Shown here in pieces: positions 16,054 through 19,095 of a DNA stretch of 19,095 nucleotides (positions within the stretch are counted from its first letter, which is position 1; every line of letters starts with the position of its first letter). The position numbers were made by a program, and so were the translations under genes. Below the pieces are notes generated by a model. The model worked only from the letters and a program-made list of their open reading frames with translations. It ran no database searches and had not been told where the DNA came from. Source of the stretch: Pseudobacteriovorax sp. (lineage in GTDB: Bacteria; Bdellovibrionota_B; Oligoflexia; Oligoflexales; Oligoflexaceae); assembly GCA_050293845.1 (NCBI GenBank), contig JBNKNM010000101.1, positions 1 to 19,095 on the forward strand, read 5' to 3'.

Positions 16054-16074
16054 TGAAGGCCCTCGGGGCCTTCA
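16054..16074 (+). terminator. Stem-loop after small-gene pair
   Basis: TGAAGGCCC-TCG-GGGCCTTCA, a perfect 9-bp stem; no clear U-tract. Confidence 0.55.
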
Positions 16075-16238
16075 GCCTCATCAGAAACTCCACCTAACTC
16101 TGCAAGCATCTATATTCACATTAGTTTTTTGTACTTCCTGGCACCCTGATACTGGTGAAAAGCAAATCCAGTTCGCATTATTTACGCTTAAGAGCTAAAG
16201 ACTAATATAAAAACAATAATTCAAATCTCAGACCTTCT

Positions 16239-16880
16239 TCATGCTTCTACAAATCCATTGCGAATTGCATAGCGGGCGAGTTCTATTTGCGATCTCATAC
16301 TTAGTTTATTCATAATATTTGCTTTGTGACGATCAACGGTTTTCACACTAATATGTAGATCTCGAGCTATCTCTTTTGCTGTCATTGCCTGTGCCACACA
16401 ACAAAGTACATCAACCTCGCGTGGGCTCAAAGGATGTTCCATACGGTTGTTAACACCCTCACGTTGTTTGCTAACTAAGTTACGTGAGGAACTGTTATTC
16501 GGGAAACAGGAGTTATTAACCATAACGTTACGAATACAATCGAGGATAGCATCCATGTCATCAAAAGAAGATACCAAACCCTTAGCTCCGACTCTTTCCG
16601 CCTGTCTTTTATGCTCGGGCAATGGCAAGGCACTCGTCAGGATAAGCTTCAGCCCAGGCTTACTTTCTTTAGAATCATTTGCTATTTGATAGATCGAACC
16701 GAGAATTTGCAGGTCTAACATCAAGATGTCAGGTTGCAGCTTCTGAACTAATTCACGAACACTTAATGATGAAGGGCCAGAAGCCACAACCCTGAGGTCT
16801 TCTGCTTTATCCAAAACAGCATTGAGTCCTTCTCTTATGATTGGATGATCGTTCAAAATGAGAATTGATGTAGTCGTCAT
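16239..16880 (-). CDS. NarL/FixJ-family response regulator (REC + LuxR HTH), atypical receiver
   Basis: ILILNDHPIIREGL...PDILMLDL receiver; LSPREVDVL...TAKEIARDLHISVKTVDRHKANIMNKL LuxR HTH. Confidence 0.93.
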   Translation of the reverse strand: MTTTSILILNDHPIIREGLNAVLDKAEDLRVVASGPSSLSVRELVQKLQPDILMLDLQILGSIYQIANDSKESKPGLKLILTSALPLPEHKRQAERVGAKGLVSSFDDMDAILDCIRNVMVNNSCFPNNSSSRNLVSKQREGVNNRMEHPLSPREVDVLCCVAQAMTAKEIARDLHISVKTVDRHKANIMNKLSMRSQIELARYAIRNGFVEA

Positions 16881-17091
16881 GGTTCGCCACTCTCAATTAA
16901 ATTAAAGTTAAACTTCCCTGTCACATAGACTTTAGCTATAATTAAGCACAAAACTCCCCGGTGAGAAAAAATCCATAACTACAAATGCACCAAATGCAGT
17001 GATTTGGGCTTCATAGCTAAAAAGAAATCTCACGATTCCAACTTCGTGCGTTTATAACCTTAAAGGTACTAGATAAAGGATGTATATGCAT

Positions 17092-17109
17092 TGTAAACAA
17101 TGTAAACAA
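17092..17109. repeat. Tandem direct repeat TGTAAACAA x2, possible transcription-factor site
   Basis: Exact 9-bp duplication in the AT-rich region upstream of the response regulator. Confidence 0.5.
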
Positions 17110-17363
17110 AAAGAGTGGTTAATTTTTGTTAACTTAGATTGTCCTGATAACAATTTTGATCAAATTGTAATTTTCCAGAAAAGTATAGAACTTATATAAT
17201 GCATAGATTTATATAGAAACAAAAGGGAGTTTTTTCCTTAATATTATTTATTTAGTGAAATCTCTCCCGTCACGAAAGCCAAGAAATATTAGGCTATCTT
17301 TACTGCAGCAATGTTGACTGGGATAACAAATCTTGATAACTCGTATCCCATATTTAGAAAAAA

Positions 17364-19095
17364 TTAATTGCTTCTTTCGCTAATTTTTGGATTTCCTGCT
17401 TGATTTTTTTCTGGTTCCCCCTCTGATTCCTGAACTTTTTTCTTAGATGCACGAGGTGGAAACTCAAATCGAAAGCCAACTCCGTCATTTTCCATGACAA
17501 GCTTAGCTGCAAATTTACGGCCTCTTTTGGAAATAAACCCCGCTAAAATAGGCGTTTCGCCATCATTAAGGTAAGCTTGGACTTCCTCCCGCTTGATTTC
17601 GCGCTTGCAAAGCATGCGAGGGAATTTAAATCCACCGGGGTTTTTTTCTCCCTGTTTCAACCCTTCAGCACGAGCGCTGCAAATAAAAGCTGTTTCAGTC
17701 TCAATAACCAAGTCATTGTCTTCACATTTTAATGGACAGGTACCTAAAGGTTCAGCGTTGACTTCGAATATTTCATCAGGGTTAGGTTCCGCTTCGGAGG
17801 TGTTTTTGCGAACAACAGAGCCATTTTCCAATGTCAAAATAGCCTTATACTCCTTGCCTGAAGCATTTTTAAACCCATCAAGCTCAGTAGTAACCCCCTT
17901 TTCGATAAGATCCTTGACTACCTGCTTATTGATGTAGCGACCATTATTATCCTTCCATATCAAAAAGTCGCACTCTTTCTTTCCAGAACGCTTTGTACTT
18001 TCCGTGCAACCATAAAACCATGCACGCTCGAACAAATCACGCTTGCACTTGGGGCACTTTCCTAGGCTTTCTACATCGGGATATATGGATTCCCAGTCGA
18101 AGTCACGGGTCGCAGATACAACTTCTTCTGTGTAGCGAGCTATCTCGGTCATGAAATCAATATTTGTGCGATTCCCCTTTTCAACTTCATTGAGGTGCAG
18201 CTCCAGTTGCGCTGTCAACTCAGCAGAGGTAAGCCTTGCGGCGTTGATACGATTTAGCACATCAATAAGTCTAATCCCTTTGGGGGTCGGTCTTAACCTA
18301 GCATCTACATACTCTCGTGCTTTCAAGTTCTCAATGATGTCAGCTCGTGTGGCGGCCGTACCAAGCCCTTCTGCCGTATTTAGAGCTGAAGCTAGTGCAG
18401 CATCATCAACCTGGCGACCAGCGTGCTCCATTAAGGAAAGCAAGCCAGCTTCAGATATTCGGGAGGGCGGTTTCGTGGCAAAATCCTGAATCTTGGCCTC
18501 TTTATTACTCACAGTCACCCCTTCTACCTTATTTTTTCCAGGAGTAAGGGGGGTAAAAGCCTCTTCACTAGTACCCACTGTTTTACCAAACACAGCCTCC
18601 CATCCAGCATCTTTTAGTACTTTGGGTGGTTTACTTTTAAAAAAATAGCCTTTGGCTTCTGTGATACGTTCTACATCTTCATAGACAGAGGGGGGATAAA
18701 AAGCTGCCATGAATTGTCGCGACACTAAATCATACAACTTGGCATCGTCCCCTTCTAAATCTTTCCATTCTCCGGTGGGGATGATTGCAAAGTGATCGGT
18801 AACGCCAGCATCGTCAAATATTTTGTCCTGATTTAAAAGTCCCTTTTTCTGAAGATACTTAGCGTGGGGACCGAATTCCTTAGTCAAAGAGAATATCCCC
18901 AAGACCCGGCTCACCTCTTCTTTATAATCGTTTGGTAGATTTTTAGATGACGTTCTCGGGTAAGTTAAAACCTTATGGGTCTCATAGCATCTTTGAGCAG
19001 CCTTAAGCGTTCGTGTCGCCGACCATCCAAACCTCGTATTCGCCGTACGCTGTAACGAGGTTAAGTCAAACAGCGGAGGAGCTTTCCGTGGTGAG
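17364..19095 (-). CDS. topB: DNA topoisomerase III (type IA), 5' end outside window
   Basis: The frame is open to the right edge: PPLFDLTSLQRTAN...AQRCYETHKVLTYPRT (catalytic Tyr), VTDHFAIIPT, GLGTAATRADIIE, CPKC and C-terminal GFxSKxG repeats typical of TopB. Confidence 0.95.
   Translation of the reverse strand, partial: SPRKAPPLFDLTSLQRTANTRFGWSATRTLKAAQRCYETHKVLTYPRTSSKNLPNDYKEEVSRVLGIFSLTKEFGPHAKYLQKKGLLNQDKIFDDAGVTDHFAIIPTGEWKDLEGDDAKLYDLVSRQFMAAFYPPSVYEDVERITEAKGYFFKSKPPKVLKDAGWEAVFGKTVGTSEEAFTPLTPGKNKVEGVTVSNKEAKIQDFATKPPSRISEAGLLSLMEHAGRQVDDAALASALNTAEGLGTAATRADIIENLKAREYVDARLRPTPKGIRLIDVLNRINAARLTSAELTAQLELHLNEVEKGNRTNIDFMTEIARYTEEVVSATRDFDWESIYPDVESLGKCPKCKRDLFERAWFYGCTESTKRSGKKECDFLIWKDNNGRYINKQVVKDLIEKGVTTELDGFKNASGKEYKAILTLENGSVVRKNTSEAEPNPDEIFEVNAEPLGTCPLKCEDNDLVIETETAFICSARAEGLKQGEKNPGGFKFPRMLCKREIKREEVQAYLNDGETPILAGFISKRGRKFAAKLVMENDGVGFRFEFPPRASKKKVQESEGEPEKNQAGNPKISERSN

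Noticed and set aside
17593..18547. Plus-strand ORFs within topB
   Set aside because: Antisense shadows of a well-conserved gene.

Overview
The left ~10.7 kb is one end of a prophage integrated at the 3' end of a tRNA-Ala(TGC) gene (10741-10816, minus strand). A leftward replication/recombination operon carries a degenerate Amidase_2-fold protein, an XRE HTH protein, a Bet-type annealase, a RadD/IRC3-like SF2 helicase and a Prim-Pol/PriCT-2 primase cut by the window edge. It diverges, across a ~650-bp region rich in inverted repeats, from a rightward arm: an outer-membrane beta-barrel, a Gp157-like protein, three antirepressor-like genes that share domains, an excisionase and a tyrosine integrase. 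Right of the tRNA is host chromosome of a Gram-negative bacterium (possibly Bdellovibrionota/Oligoflexia; impression only). It encodes a lipoprotein with a second degenerate amidase domain, small hypothetical proteins, hpt, a minimal kinase-like protein, an atypical orphan NarL/LuxR regulator and the 3' part of topB. The most unusual items are the apparently catalytically dead amidase heading the replication operon where cI/cro would be expected, and the A / A-C / B-C domain-shuffled antirepressor triplet with an antisense-oriented terminator inside it. All family calls come from motif recognition by eye; no database searches were run.
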